This document shows, piece by piece, positions 50,662 to 60,546 of a stretch of DNA of 64,000 nt. The translations under genes were made by a program, and so were the position numbers. The stretch comes from Escherichia coli. GTDB lineage: Bacteria > Pseudomonadota > Gammaproteobacteria > Enterobacterales > Enterobacteriaceae. The stretch lies in assembly GCF_030013205.1 (NCBI RefSeq), contig NZ_CP122648.1; one strand, 5' to 3'. Every line of letters starts with the position of its first letter. Within the stretch, counting starts at the first letter, position 1. A model generated the notes under the pieces. That model did not search any database. It saw only the letters and a list, made by a program, of their open reading frames with translations, and was not told the origin of the DNA.

Positions 50662-51380
50662 TTCATTTTAACCTTAATCAGCCACATCTCAGGGATGTGC
50701 TGCGTGCCATTAACGAGGCGGAGTTATCACCGGCAAAGGCCAGGAAACTACTGGTTCGTATTGCGAAATACGGTTTGATCCCCGCAGCAAAGCGTAATGT
50801 GAAGAACCAGCGGACACCGGAGGGCGTCGCCTGGGCACCACGAAAAAGGCCGGATAAAGCCAGCGGCAAATATAAAAACAAAATGCTGCTGGGACTGCCG
50901 AAATTGATGGCCATCAGGGCTGACAATGACGGAAAAACGGTTCGCATCTATTTCAAAAAAGGGGATTACGCAACCCGCGTGCACGCAGGGGCAATTGCTC
51001 AGATACAGCAGAACGGAACCCGTATCACCCACAGAGGAAGCAGAAAGTGGAGTGCCGGCGTAATGGAAACCATGCGCGAACAACCGGCCACACGACGGCA
51101 GGCTCACCGCTTACTCTCGCTGGGATTTCTCGCCCCAACAGGAGCGGTCAACAAAAAAACCGGCCGCAGAAATTCTCGGAAACCATCCCTGAAATGGATT
51201 ATGGAAAACATGAGCAGACTACAGGCAGGTACGGTGATCAACATTCTTAAAGCTGAAGAAGCAAGGAATACCTGGGAAATCACCATTCCGGCCAGGACAT
51301 TCCTCGGAGCCAGCGGCGAAGAGTTTACCCGCATGCTGGAGGCGCAGCTGCGCAGCCTGCATCACGGCGGCACGAGATAA
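50658..51380 (+). CDS. Virion morphogenesis/tail completion protein (gpS-like, enlarged)
   Basis: 240 aa. ATGA overlap with the previous gene. The call rests on position after the R-like gene and on a basic composition. Confidence 0.5.
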   Translation: MIHFNLNQPHLRDVLRAINEAELSPAKARKLLVRIAKYGLIPAAKRNVKNQRTPEGVAWAPRKRPDKASGKYKNKMLLGLPKLMAIRADNDGKTVRIYFKKGDYATRVHAGAIAQIQQNGTRITHRGSRKWSAGVMETMREQPATRRQAHRLLSLGFLAPTGAVNKKTGRRNSRKPSLKWIMENMSRLQAGTVINILKAEEARNTWEITIPARTFLGASGEEFTRMLEAQLRSLHHGGTR

Positions 51381-51398
51381 CAAAATCAGGAGACAACC

Positions 51399-52547
51399 AT
51401 GACTTGGCCATCTGTCACGATTGAACAGTACAACACATTCAGCAGTTCACCGGACGGCGTGGAAAATACACTGCTGTTTGTGGGCAACGCACAAAACAAC
51501 AAAGGTAAGGTTCTGCCGGTTAACGCTAACAGCGATCTGGATGAACTGCTGGGAACAAACGCCAGCCCACTGAAGAATTTCCTTCAGTCCGCACTGACCA
51601 ATGCCGGACAAAATGCCTTTTTCTATGTTGCCATTCTGCCGGAAGCAGGCAAAGGCAAAGAAGCGACGCCAGCCTGCCAGGCATGGCAGAACGCCATACT
51701 GGCCGCTCAGGAAACTGTTTCAGTGGAAGGCGTGGTGATCACCGAACCGGTCAGCACGAAGGATGACATCAACGCCATACAGGCGTTACGTCAGACCATC
51801 ATCAATAAATATCAGCGCCGCATCTGGTTCATCCTGACCATCGCCGCCAACGACGGCAGTAAAACCTGGGCGGACTACGTTGCCGAACTGACCACGCTAC
51901 AGAAAGGTATTGCAGCCCCGCAAATCATGCTGGTTCCGGAAATTTTTGGCTTTGAACCGGGCGTTCTCGCCGGCCGTCTGTGTAACAGCGCCGTCACCAT
52001 TGCTGACAGTCCGGCGCGTGTGGCAACCGGGGCGCTGTCCGCACTGAAAACCACAGAGCGCCCGAAGGACAGCGCAGGGCAGGCAATTGATCTCGCCACC
52101 CTGCAGGCGCTGGCAACCGCCCGCTACAGCGTGCCCATGTGGTATGCCGACTATGACGGCCTTTACTGGGCCGATGGTGTGACACTTGAGGTGGAAGGCG
52201 GGGACTACAACGTCATTGAGCATGTCCGCATTGCTGACAAGGTGGCACGCCGCGTGCGGCTGATGGCCATCCCCAAAATTGCCGACCGCTCGCTGAACAG
52301 CACGCCGGGTAGCATTGCCGCACATGAAACGCTGTTTGCCCGCCCACTGCGTGCCATGGCGAAATCCACGCAAATTAACGGCATCACGTTTCCGGGCGAA
52401 GTGAAATCCCCCCAGAAAGGCGACGTGGTTATCACCTGGCAGGACGAAAAGACGGTCAGCATCAGCATTGTCGTCCGCCCTTACGCCTGCCCCAAAACCA
52501 TTAAGGTGGGCATTCAGCTGGATAAATCTCTGGAGGAGAACGCATGA
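51399..52547 (+). CDS. Putative tail sheath protein
   Basis: 382 aa. It lies immediately upstream of, and overlaps, a 151-aa tube-sized gene. It has no obvious similarity to P2 FI, so the call comes from synteny and size only. Confidence 0.5.
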   Translation: MTWPSVTIEQYNTFSSSPDGVENTLLFVGNAQNNKGKVLPVNANSDLDELLGTNASPLKNFLQSALTNAGQNAFFYVAILPEAGKGKEATPACQAWQNAILAAQETVSVEGVVITEPVSTKDDINAIQALRQTIINKYQRRIWFILTIAANDGSKTWADYVAELTTLQKGIAAPQIMLVPEIFGFEPGVLAGRLCNSAVTIADSPARVATGALSALKTTERPKDSAGQAIDLATLQALATARYSVPMWYADYDGLYWADGVTLEVEGGDYNVIEHVRIADKVARRVRLMAIPKIADRSLNSTPGSIAAHETLFARPLRAMAKSTQINGITFPGEVKSPQKGDVVITWQDEKTVSISIVVRPYACPKTIKVGIQLDKSLEENA

Positions 52548-52999
52548 CGACCCGCATTAACGGCATGGCCTTTGACGTTTATATCGGCGGAACGGATATC
52601 CACGTGAAAAACATTTCACTGGACATCAGCGATGAAAGCGCCGTTGCCAAAACCCGTGGCATCCCTGACGGCAAACTGCGCGGCCCTGTCAGTGCCGAAG
52701 GTGAAATTGAAATGAGTACCCGCAGCTTTAACCAACTCGGGGAAGTGGCTGCTCAGGCGGGATCGTGGCGCGATCTGCCGCCCATGGATTTTGTGTTTTA
52801 CGCCAATACGGGCACCGAAGAAATCCGCGTTGAAGCCTTCGGTTGCGAGCTGATGCTTTCCGGCCTGTTAAGCATTGACACCGAGAGCACAGATCTGACC
52901 ACGCACAAAATCAAGTACGTGGTGGCAAGCCCTGACTTTGTGCGTATCAACGGCGTGCCCGTTCTCTCAGAGAACGACGTGCGCGGACTGATGGGGTGA
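52544..52999 (+). CDS. Putative tail tube protein
   Basis: 151 aa. The call rests on synteny (after the sheath-sized gene) and size. Confidence 0.5.
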   Translation: MTTRINGMAFDVYIGGTDIHVKNISLDISDESAVAKTRGIPDGKLRGPVSAEGEIEMSTRSFNQLGEVAAQAGSWRDLPPMDFVFYANTGTEEIRVEAFGCELMLSGLLSIDTESTDLTTHKIKYVVASPDFVRINGVPVLSENDVRGLMG

Positions 53000-53002
53000 A
53001 CC

Positions 53003-53299
53003 ATGCAGGAGCATGAGCGCACCATTATCACCCTGGGCATTCTGGGCGGAATCGCTGCCGCAAGTCGGGTGCTGGCTGGCGCAGAGCCGATTACGTTGCG
53101 GTTGTTTGTGGGGCGAACCCTGCTGGGGAGCGCGCTGGGTGTTTCTGCCGCTGCCCTGCTGGTTCGTTACCCGAACCTTGACCCACTGGCCATTGCCGGC
53201 GCAGGCACTGCAATGGGCGTTGCCGGTTACCAGATTGTTGAAATCTTCCTGCGTCATATGCGCCGGAAGCTGAGCGAGAAAGAGAACAAAGAGGAGTAA
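53003..53299 (+). CDS. Putative holin
   Basis: 98 aa with 2-3 hydrophobic segments (IITLGILGGIAAA, LLGSALGVSAAALLV, LAIAGAGTAMGVAGY) and a charged C-terminal tail. It lies just upstream of the endolysin. Confidence 0.6.
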   Translation: MQEHERTIITLGILGGIAAASRVLAGAEPITLRLFVGRTLLGSALGVSAAALLVRYPNLDPLAIAGAGTAMGVAGYQIVEIFLRHMRRKLSEKENKEE

Positions 53300-53304
53300 C
53301 AGCA

Positions 53305-53412
53305 ATGCTGTCCCGCAGGGAACAAAAAGCTGCTGCCATTGCCTGGAAAATTATCCGGGCACTGTGGTACTGGCTGCGCAAACCTCAGCAACCTCATAAG
53401 GAGCAAAAATGA
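53305..53412 (+). CDS. Possible small lysis-cassette ORF (35 aa, MLSRREQKAAAIAWKIIRALWYWLRKPQQPHKEQK)
   Basis: It is wedged between the holin and the endolysin, with an ATGA overlap to the endolysin start. It is below the ORF-track cut-off. Confidence 0.35.
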   Translation: MLSRREQKAAAIAWKIIRALWYWLRKPQQPHKEQK

Positions 53413-53750
53413 AACTCTCCGATAAGCAACAACAATTTACCGTCATGATCGGAAAACTCATCCAGTTTGCCCATCAGCGCGGTTATGGCCTGACGTTCGG
53501 TGAGGCGTACCGCACGCCAGAACAGGCAAAACTCAACGCACAAAAGGGATCCGGCATTGCCAACAGCCTGCACTGCCAGCGGCTGGCCGTGGATTTTAAT
53601 CTGTTTATTAACGGTGAATATCAGACCCGCACAGAGGCCTACCGCGAGCTGGGCGAGTACTGGGAATCCCTTGGTGGCGCATGGGGCGGTCGTTTTAAAA
53701 ACCGCCCGGATGGCAATCATTTCAGCCTTGAGCACGACGGCGTGCGCTGA
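53409..53750 (+). CDS. Endolysin, peptidase M15 (L-Ala-D-Glu / D-Ala-D-Ala peptidase type)
   Basis: 113 aa. ...GEAYRTPEQA...SLHCQRLAVDFNLF...GGRFKNRPDGNHFSLEH shows an H...D...H zinc-ligand pattern typical of small phage M15 peptidases. Confidence 0.8.
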   Translation: MKLSDKQQQFTVMIGKLIQFAHQRGYGLTFGEAYRTPEQAKLNAQKGSGIANSLHCQRLAVDFNLFINGEYQTRTEAYRELGEYWESLGGAWGGRFKNRPDGNHFSLEHDGVR

Positions 53751-53814
53751 TTTTACGCTTAATAAGCCTTCCTGCAGGCTTATTAAGCCCTCTTATTCTT
53801 GACTTTAAAAGGAA

Positions 53815-54108
53815 ATGATGATGAACGATAAAAACACCCAGACTACCGCAGAGAACACCATCACTTTACAGGTCGGCGAGCATGAACTGACGTTTATCCC
53901 GACCGTAAAAGCCTACAACGACCTGCAGAACGACTTCATGCCGGATAACAAAATCGCGCCGCTGAAAAACTACCTGCGCCGTATCGTGATTAAAGAGCAC
54001 CGCGATCTGCTTAACCAGTTGCTGGAAAAACCAGGAATGCCGGCCAGCCTGGCAACAGCCGTGAATAACGAGTTTGTGCCGGAAGTGGAAATCACCGTAA
54101 AAAAATAA
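53815..54108 (+). CDS. Tail assembly chaperone (gpE/G-like), short form
   Basis: 97 aa directly upstream of the tape-measure gene. It ends ...gta aaa aaa taa, within a 7-A slippery run. Confidence 0.75.
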   Translation: MMMNDKNTQTTAENTITLQVGEHELTFIPTVKAYNDLQNDFMPDNKIAPLKNYLRRIVIKEHRDLLNQLLEKPGMPASLATAVNNEFVPEVEITVKK

Positions 54109-54296
54109 AAAGCCATCTGGGGGCCATTGATCGCAATGACCTTACCCGGATGCTGATTCTGCGCCGCCACTGGCTGCCCGGCGAGGATGACTCGCCGCAG
54201 TCACTGGCTGCCGCCGTCTGGCTGGATAACCACTACTGGGAAAATATGAGCATCGCCGTCAATAACGGCATTATCCGTGCTTTTAAGGGATCGTAA
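53815..54296 (+). CDS. Tail assembly chaperone, -1 frameshift-extended form (gpE+E'/GT-like)
   Basis: Slippery heptamer A AAA AAA at 54099-54105. The -1 frame is open from there (…KKIKSHLGAIDRNDLTRMLILRRHWLPGEDDSPQSLAAAVWLDNHYWENMSIAVNNGIIRAFKGS) to the TAA at 54294-54296, which overlaps the tape-measure ATG. Confidence 0.7.
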
Positions 54297-56470
54297 TGTC
54301 ACAACAGCGCCTTGAATTACTTCTTGAACTGACAGACCGCCTGACAAGGCCGTTGCGTGCAGCCGGGCGACAGGTTCAGGGATTTGCTGCAACAAGTCGG
54401 GGAGCCTTTCGGGACATTGCTACCGGAGGCGCTGCACTCTGGGGAGTGGGTGCAGCCATTCAGGGTGCACTGATGCCAGCCATTGAAATGGACAGGGCGC
54501 TCGGTGAGGTAAAATCACTGGGCGTCGCAGAGTCCGGACTGCGAAAACTCAGCCGCGCCGCCGTTGATTTCACTATGGAATACGGCGGGGCTGCGCAGGA
54601 TTTTGTGCGTGCTTCTTACGACATCCAGTCAGCCATTGCCGGCTTAACTGACGATGAGCTGTCCCGCTTCACCACCGCATCAGCAACGGTGGCAGCAGCA
54701 ACCAAATCCAGCAGCCAGACCATTACCGCCTACATGGGCACCATGTACGGCATCTTTAAAGACCAGGCTGATGCCATGGGAAAAAGCAAATGGGTGGAGC
54801 AGGTCGCCGGGCAAACCGCCACCGCCGTGCAAATGTTTAAAACCACCGGCGATAACATGTCAGCAGCGTTCACCACGCTGGGTGCCAGCGCAAAAGCGGC
54901 AGGTATTGATGCGGCTGAACAGTTCGCCGTGCTGGGACAACTGCAGGCCACCATGAGTGGCAGCGAGGCCGGGACAAAGTACAAGGCATTTCTTGCCGCA
55001 GTAGGCAGCGCCCAGAAAAAGCTGGGGCTTAATTTCGTGAATAAAGACGGCACCATGAAAAGTGTTGTCGAGATCATGAAACTTATCAGGGGCAAATTTG
55101 GTGATCTGTCAAAAGTAGCTGATTCCGATTTGTTGAAAAGCGCCTTTGGCTCCGATGAAGCTGTGGCCATGATTAAATTACTCAATGCGAATATTGACGG
55201 ACTTGAAAAGAACATCAACACGCTGGGCAATATCAAAGGTATGGATAAGGCTGTCGAAATGGCGCAGGCCATGGCTGATCCATGGGAACAGGCCGCCGCA
55301 ATTATTAACGGCATTCGCATTGAAATTGGCACACAGTTGTTGCCCGTTCTGTACCCGTTCATCCAGAAAAGCAACGAAGGCGGCAAATCCTTTGTTGCCT
55401 GGTTACGTCTGTATCCAAACATCACGCGCGCAATTGGTTTACTGGCGGGGACTTTTCTTAGCCTCGCAACCGTTGGCGCTCTCAGCAATATCATCATGGG
55501 ACTGTTCAGCTTTGTAACAAAAGGGCTGATTGCCCCCGTAACAGGCTTAATAAAGCTTCTCAGGTTAAGCGCATTGCGAAATACACTGGCCGCTGCTGCA
55601 ACAGGGGCTTATGCCGCTGCACAACAATATCTGAACAGGGTCATGCTGGTTTCAATGCTGACAGGACGCGGCTTTCTTACCACCATGCTGATGATGAGCG
55701 GGCCCATTCTGCTTATTGGTGCAGCCATTGCAGCAGTTGTTGCTCTTGTCTGGAAATTCTGGGAACCCATCAAAGCGTTTTTCAGCGGATTCATTCAGGG
55801 GTTCAGCGATGCATGGAAGACTATTTCACTTGGCTCTCCCATTCTGGCCGATATCGGCGCTGTTTTTGGTTTTGTATGGGATGCCATCAAAACAGCATTT
55901 AACTGGCTGATGAATTTACTCACACCGGTAGAACTGACGGGCGAAGCGTTCGGACGCGCCAGCGATGCCGGTGCGTCTTTTGGCCGTATCGTTGCCACAG
56001 CAATCAACTGGATCCTGACGCCAACTGAAATCATGCTCGGACTGTTATCAAAAGTGTGGCAGGCCCTGCTCATTATTCTGCAGGGGTATAAGGATATCTG
56101 GAACAGCCTGGATATTACTCACCCTCTGGATTCACTGAAAAATCTGGCTTCCGGGATCCTGGCTATTTTCAGCAACCTCTGGGAACTGGTGAAACAGTCC
56201 TTCAGTGATTCATGGGGCTGGATTGTGGACAAACTCAACATGATCCCCGGCGTTAACATCGGCACATCAGAAAGCACAGGAAGTGGCGAAGGTTCCGTAT
56301 TAACCGGCGGTAAAGCTATCAGCGCAGGGCCGGGTGGCATTGCGGCAGAGATGCAGAGCAACAGCGAAAACCAGACCACAATCGACAACTCCCGTCGTGT
56401 GGTCAACGTTAACGTACAGGATCCCTCCCCAGCCCGTCTTAACGAGTGGATGGAGCTACATGCATACTGA
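54296..56470 (+). CDS. Tail tape-measure protein
   Basis: 724 aa, Ala/Gly/Leu-rich with a hydrophobic central region. It sits after the chaperone pair. Confidence 0.88.
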   Translation: MSQQRLELLLELTDRLTRPLRAAGRQVQGFAATSRGAFRDIATGGAALWGVGAAIQGALMPAIEMDRALGEVKSLGVAESGLRKLSRAAVDFTMEYGGAAQDFVRASYDIQSAIAGLTDDELSRFTTASATVAAATKSSSQTITAYMGTMYGIFKDQADAMGKSKWVEQVAGQTATAVQMFKTTGDNMSAAFTTLGASAKAAGIDAAEQFAVLGQLQATMSGSEAGTKYKAFLAAVGSAQKKLGLNFVNKDGTMKSVVEIMKLIRGKFGDLSKVADSDLLKSAFGSDEAVAMIKLLNANIDGLEKNINTLGNIKGMDKAVEMAQAMADPWEQAAAIINGIRIEIGTQLLPVLYPFIQKSNEGGKSFVAWLRLYPNITRAIGLLAGTFLSLATVGALSNIIMGLFSFVTKGLIAPVTGLIKLLRLSALRNTLAAAATGAYAAAQQYLNRVMLVSMLTGRGFLTTMLMMSGPILLIGAAIAAVVALVWKFWEPIKAFFSGFIQGFSDAWKTISLGSPILADIGAVFGFVWDAIKTAFNWLMNLLTPVELTGEAFGRASDAGASFGRIVATAINWILTPTEIMLGLLSKVWQALLIILQGYKDIWNSLDITHPLDSLKNLASGILAIFSNLWELVKQSFSDSWGWIVDKLNMIPGVNIGTSESTGSGEGSVLTGGKAISAGPGGIAAEMQSNSENQTTIDNSRRVVNVNVQDPSPARLNEWMELHAY

Positions 56471-56810
56471 TAAACCGCTTTACATTGATTTGCTCATCAC
56501 CGGTCGCAATCTCACGCTGAACAGCGCCAGTGAGCCGGTGTTATGCAACAACAGAGAAAGTATTGCCCAGGACTGCCAGCACGCCATCATTGAGAGCGGA
56601 CTGGCAACGCGCCTGCTGGCTGAAAAAAGTCCGACGCTTCGTGCCGACATCATGATGCAGATGACGCTGCTGATTGAAGATGATGAGCGCATCACACCCG
56701 GCACGGTCAGTGTGACAGAAGAAACCCCGCTTTCTGGTCGCCTGCTGATTAGCGCCCACACCGAAGATTTTTTTGATCCCCTGACTTTTACGGTATCTCT
56801 TGATGATTAA
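56460..56810 (+). CDS. Small baseplate protein (gpW/gp25-position)
   Basis: 116 aa from the ATG at 56460. It lies directly upstream of, and overlaps, the J-like gene. The size matches P2 W. The call rests on position. Confidence 0.5.
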   Translation: MHTDKPLYIDLLITGRNLTLNSASEPVLCNNRESIAQDCQHAIIESGLATRLLAEKSPTLRADIMMQMTLLIEDDERITPGTVSVTEETPLSGRLLISAHTEDFFDPLTFTVSLDD

Positions 56811-57987
56811 CGGCAAACCCACCGCAGATTACGAGCGCATTCTGGCTGATAACGGCATGCCGGTAACAGAAGAACAGGCGCGCGCTGAATTTGAAGCCAT
56901 TGTCAAAGACGAAGGGCTTATCACCAACACATCCCACATGTCGCCGTTCTGGCGACTGATTACAGCTATCGCCACAAAACCCGTGATGTGGCTGAAAGAT
57001 GCGCTGGTTAATGTGGTGATGAAAAACCTGTTTCTGGCCGATGCCAGCGGTGTATTCGTTGATGTTTTTGCCTGGGCGGTAAACCTGCAACGCAAGGCCG
57101 CCACGCACGCAGCCGGCGTGATTCGTTTCACCAAGAACGACATTGATCGCGCAGTTACCGTGCCGGCCGGTACGCAGATTCAGACAGAACGCATTAACGG
57201 CGTGATTTATACGCTGACCGTTGTCAGGGATACCGTTATTCCGGCAGGAACACTCAGCATGAACATCGATGTTTCTGCGGAACAGGCCGGAGCCGGCTTT
57301 AACCTTGCGCCGGGATATTACCGCATCCTTCCGGTGGCGATTGATGGTATTGCCGGTGTTGAGAACGATGAAAACTGGCTGACCACACCGGGTGCCAACG
57401 AAGAAAGCGATGACGAGCTGCGTGATCGTGTTCGCAATCAGTTTAATCTTGCCGGCGCTTATCACACCGATGCAGTTTACCGGGGGTTAATTGCCGGCGT
57501 TGCCGGCATCAGTGCCGACCGCATCTATTTTCTGCATGACGCACCACGCGGCCCCGGCACAGCAAATGCTTACATTCTGCTGGATACCGGCATCGCATCC
57601 GAACCGTTCGTTGATGCAGTAAACGCATTCATTAACGATGAAGGTCATCACGGGCACGGTGATGATCTGCGCTGTTTTTCCATGCCTGAAACGCGCCACA
57701 CCCTGACCGTGACTCTCTGGCTGTATGCAACACTGAACCTCAGCGATGAGGAAATTCAGATGTTATTGCGCAATGTGGAAAACCTGGTTCGCTGCGCATT
57801 TCGCGAAAACAGCGATTATGACGTTCAGAAAACATGGCCGTACAGCCGTTTCAGCATGTCCAGACTGGGCGAAGAGATCCACCAGGTATTTCCACAGGTG
57901 GAGTCGGTTACGTTTTCTCTTCCGGATATTCTCAGTGATCTGGCCGTTCCTCGTCTGGAATCCCTTACTGTGGAGGTGAGCGCGTGA
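56800..57987 (+). CDS. Baseplate wedge protein (gpJ-like)
   Basis: 395 aa, between the W-position and I-like genes. The call rests on synteny. Confidence 0.65.
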   Translation: MMINGKPTADYERILADNGMPVTEEQARAEFEAIVKDEGLITNTSHMSPFWRLITAIATKPVMWLKDALVNVVMKNLFLADASGVFVDVFAWAVNLQRKAATHAAGVIRFTKNDIDRAVTVPAGTQIQTERINGVIYTLTVVRDTVIPAGTLSMNIDVSAEQAGAGFNLAPGYYRILPVAIDGIAGVENDENWLTTPGANEESDDELRDRVRNQFNLAGAYHTDAVYRGLIAGVAGISADRIYFLHDAPRGPGTANAYILLDTGIASEPFVDAVNAFINDEGHHGHGDDLRCFSMPETRHTLTVTLWLYATLNLSDEEIQMLLRNVENLVRCAFRENSDYDVQKTWPYSRFSMSRLGEEIHQVFPQVESVTFSLPDILSDLAVPRLESLTVEVSA

Positions 57988-58619
57988 AACTTCCGGAGAT
58001 CCCTGAATTTCCGCTCCCCACCTGGATGAATAAAGGCGAGCCGTTAACGCTGGCACATTCATCGCATCGCTACTGGGAAAAGGTATACAGCTGGCTGACG
58101 TGGCCACTACAGCAGATTGATGTCGACACCTGCGCAGAGCCTTTACTTAACCTGCTGGCTTATCAGCGCAATATCACCCGATTTAAAGGTGAGCCGGTTT
58201 CGTTATTTCGCTTAAGAGTGAAACACGCGTTTATTAACGCTCAGGACTCTGGCGAACGCGCCGGCTTCGAACGCATCTTTAAGCGTCTTGGCGTGGGAGA
58301 CGTTAAAACACTGGAACGGCAACTGCAGCATGACTGGGACGTTATTTTACTGCGCATTAATGACACCCAGTTAAGTGAAAACAACGCGCTGATGATGCAG
58401 CTCGTGCGCCAGTATGGTCGTACCTGCAGGCGCTATTTCTTTCAGGTAATCAATACAACCACTGCCCGGCTGACAGCCGGCACATTTGATGGCCATTACA
58501 GGTATCACACAGCAGAAGCAACGGTGAGAAAGGACACCATCTGGTTAACCGCTTCGCTACAGGCAGGACATTACGGCCTGTCCGTGGAACATTACACATT
58601 ACAGGCAGATGAAGCATGA
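57984..58619 (+). CDS. Baseplate/tail protein (gpI-like)
   Basis: 211 aa. It overlaps both neighbours and immediately precedes the tail fibre gene, as P2 I does. Confidence 0.6.
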   Translation: MKLPEIPEFPLPTWMNKGEPLTLAHSSHRYWEKVYSWLTWPLQQIDVDTCAEPLLNLLAYQRNITRFKGEPVSLFRLRVKHAFINAQDSGERAGFERIFKRLGVGDVKTLERQLQHDWDVILLRINDTQLSENNALMMQLVRQYGRTCRRYFFQVINTTTARLTAGTFDGHYRYHTAEATVRKDTIWLTASLQAGHYGLSVEHYTLQADEA

Positions 58620-60544
58620 GCACGATTATTACTGAACAGTACGAACACTGGTGCGCAAATCAAATCATCAGTGGAAAACCTGCGCGCCCGGATACATTTG
58701 TTTTTGCATATATTCCGGGACAGGATGAATCCGCAGAGATCCCCTGCGATGAGATACTCCCTGATGAATCCATGATTCAGTATCGTGCGCCGGTCACCCA
58801 GTACGGCCTCCTGTCGCCGAACGCGACCGCGTTTTCCATCATTCTGGACACGACAGTCGGCGACTTCGAATACAACTGGATCGGTCTGCTGAACGAAGAA
58901 AGTGGCGTGCTCTGCATGATTGCACACACACCTCGTCAGCAAAAAATTAAAACAGCGAACGGCGTGCAGGGAAACAACCTGATCCGCACATTTTCCATGG
59001 AGTTTGACGGCGCAGCCGCAGCAATGCATATCGATGTCAGCGCCGATGTCTGGCAGATTGATTTCACTGCACGCCTGGCCGGAATGGATGAAGCCCGCCG
59101 ACTGCTGGCATTTGATCACTATGGTGAAGCCGCTTTTCTGGGGGATGGTTTTCAGGTCAGCTATCAGGATGGTACCGCCACTGTTGCCGCCGGCATCGGG
59201 TATGTGGGAGGTCTGCGCGTCAGCCTGCGCGAACCTTACAGCCTGCCGGCTGCTGTCGGGGATACCCTCTGGATTGATGCAAGCTGGCAGGGATTTGTTA
59301 CCGGCGAATGGAGCACCGTTTTTACGTTCTGCGCTCGCAAGGAACACGCGCCCTATACAGACGGGAACGGTTTCCAACACTTTGTCGCGCCACTTGCAAA
59401 ACTGACAGCAGGTGGCCCACAGGATTTACGCCCACAGACGCCCGACGAAGAGCAAAGCAACGCGCTGGCAGAACACGAAAAATCCCGCAGACACCCGGAT
59501 GCCACGCTGACCGAAAAAGGCTTTGCGCAGTACAGCAACGCCACCGACAGCGATGCAGAAGACCGCGCCGCCACGTCAAAAGCGGTAAAAATCGCAATGG
59601 ATAACGCCAACGCACGTCTTGCGAAAAATCGCAACGGCAGCGACATTCCCAATAAACCGCTGTTTATTGAAAACGTCGGACTGAAACCCACCGTTGATAA
59701 AGCTGAAAGCGCCGTTCAACGCGCTGGCGACACCATGACCGGGGAACTGAAAATCCGTGGTGTTAATGCACTGAGGATTTTCAACGAAGCCTTTGGTCTG
59801 ATTTTTCGTCGCTCGGAAGAGTGCCTGCACCTTATCCCTACCAGTGAAGGTCAGGGCGAGAATGGCGATATTGGCCCACTGCGGCCCATTTCCATTAACC
59901 TGCGCCAGGGCGATGTGGTTATTGGTGACAGGATTGGCATCGGTAATGAGAACAATCTGGGTGAAAAATCACTCACGCTCTGTGATAGCAATACCGGTTT
60001 TAAGTGGGGCGGACGCGGTGTTATTAATGTGTTTGCAGAGGGACACAACGCCTTTCGTTTTACAAAAAACGGTGTGCTGGCATTAGAAAATCTCTCGACC
60101 GGCAATTTAAGAAAGTTCACGCTGTCGTGTGACAGTTCTTCCACGAAGAGTGCAAGATTTAATCTATGGGGAAATTCCTCAAGGCCTGTTGTTGCAGAGC
60201 TTGGTGATGATTCTGGCTGGCATTTTTACAGTCAGAGGAATACGGATAACAGCATAACGTTTGCCGTAAACGGGCAGATGGTTCCATCAAACTACGGAAA
60301 CTTTGATGCCCGCTATCAGCAGCGAAATGGCGGCGTGCAGGATGTGCGTTATGGTTCCGAAATGTATTACAACCCGGGAGGTAACCAGGTATCCTGGACA
60401 TTTCGCTCACCTTCAGGCCACGGGTTATCCGGTATTAATGTGCAGGAAACCGGAAGTAATTCGGCAGATAACATCGGCGGCGTGTATTACCGTCCGCTTC
60501 AGAAACTGATTAACGGCACCTGGTATAACGTGGCGAGTGTTTAA
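58616..60544 (+). CDS. Tail fibre protein 1
   Basis: 642 aa. It has an N-terminal P2 H-type baseplate-attachment region (…PARPDTFVFAYIPGQ…YNWIGLLNEESGVLCMIAH…), Gly/Asn-rich repetitive middle and distal parts, and is followed by a chaperone gene. Confidence 0.85.
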   Translation: MSTIITEQYEHWCANQIISGKPARPDTFVFAYIPGQDESAEIPCDEILPDESMIQYRAPVTQYGLLSPNATAFSIILDTTVGDFEYNWIGLLNEESGVLCMIAHTPRQQKIKTANGVQGNNLIRTFSMEFDGAAAAMHIDVSADVWQIDFTARLAGMDEARRLLAFDHYGEAAFLGDGFQVSYQDGTATVAAGIGYVGGLRVSLREPYSLPAAVGDTLWIDASWQGFVTGEWSTVFTFCARKEHAPYTDGNGFQHFVAPLAKLTAGGPQDLRPQTPDEEQSNALAEHEKSRRHPDATLTEKGFAQYSNATDSDAEDRAATSKAVKIAMDNANARLAKNRNGSDIPNKPLFIENVGLKPTVDKAESAVQRAGDTMTGELKIRGVNALRIFNEAFGLIFRRSEECLHLIPTSEGQGENGDIGPLRPISINLRQGDVVIGDRIGIGNENNLGEKSLTLCDSNTGFKWGGRGVINVFAEGHNAFRFTKNGVLALENLSTGNLRKFTLSCDSSSTKSARFNLWGNSSRPVVAELGDDSGWHFYSQRNTDNSITFAVNGQMVPSNYGNFDARYQQRNGGVQDVRYGSEMYYNPGGNQVSWTFRSPSGHGLSGINVQETGSNSADNIGGVYYRPLQKLINGTWYNVASV

Positions 60545-60546
60545 CA

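Noticed and set aside
54730-55497. 255-aa minus-strand ORF inside the tape-measure gene (and similar ones at 56788-57465, 58592-59380, 45319-45963, 40108-41149)
   Set aside because: All are antisense to long, well-supported phage structural or replication genes. None has an independent start context or a recognisable motif.
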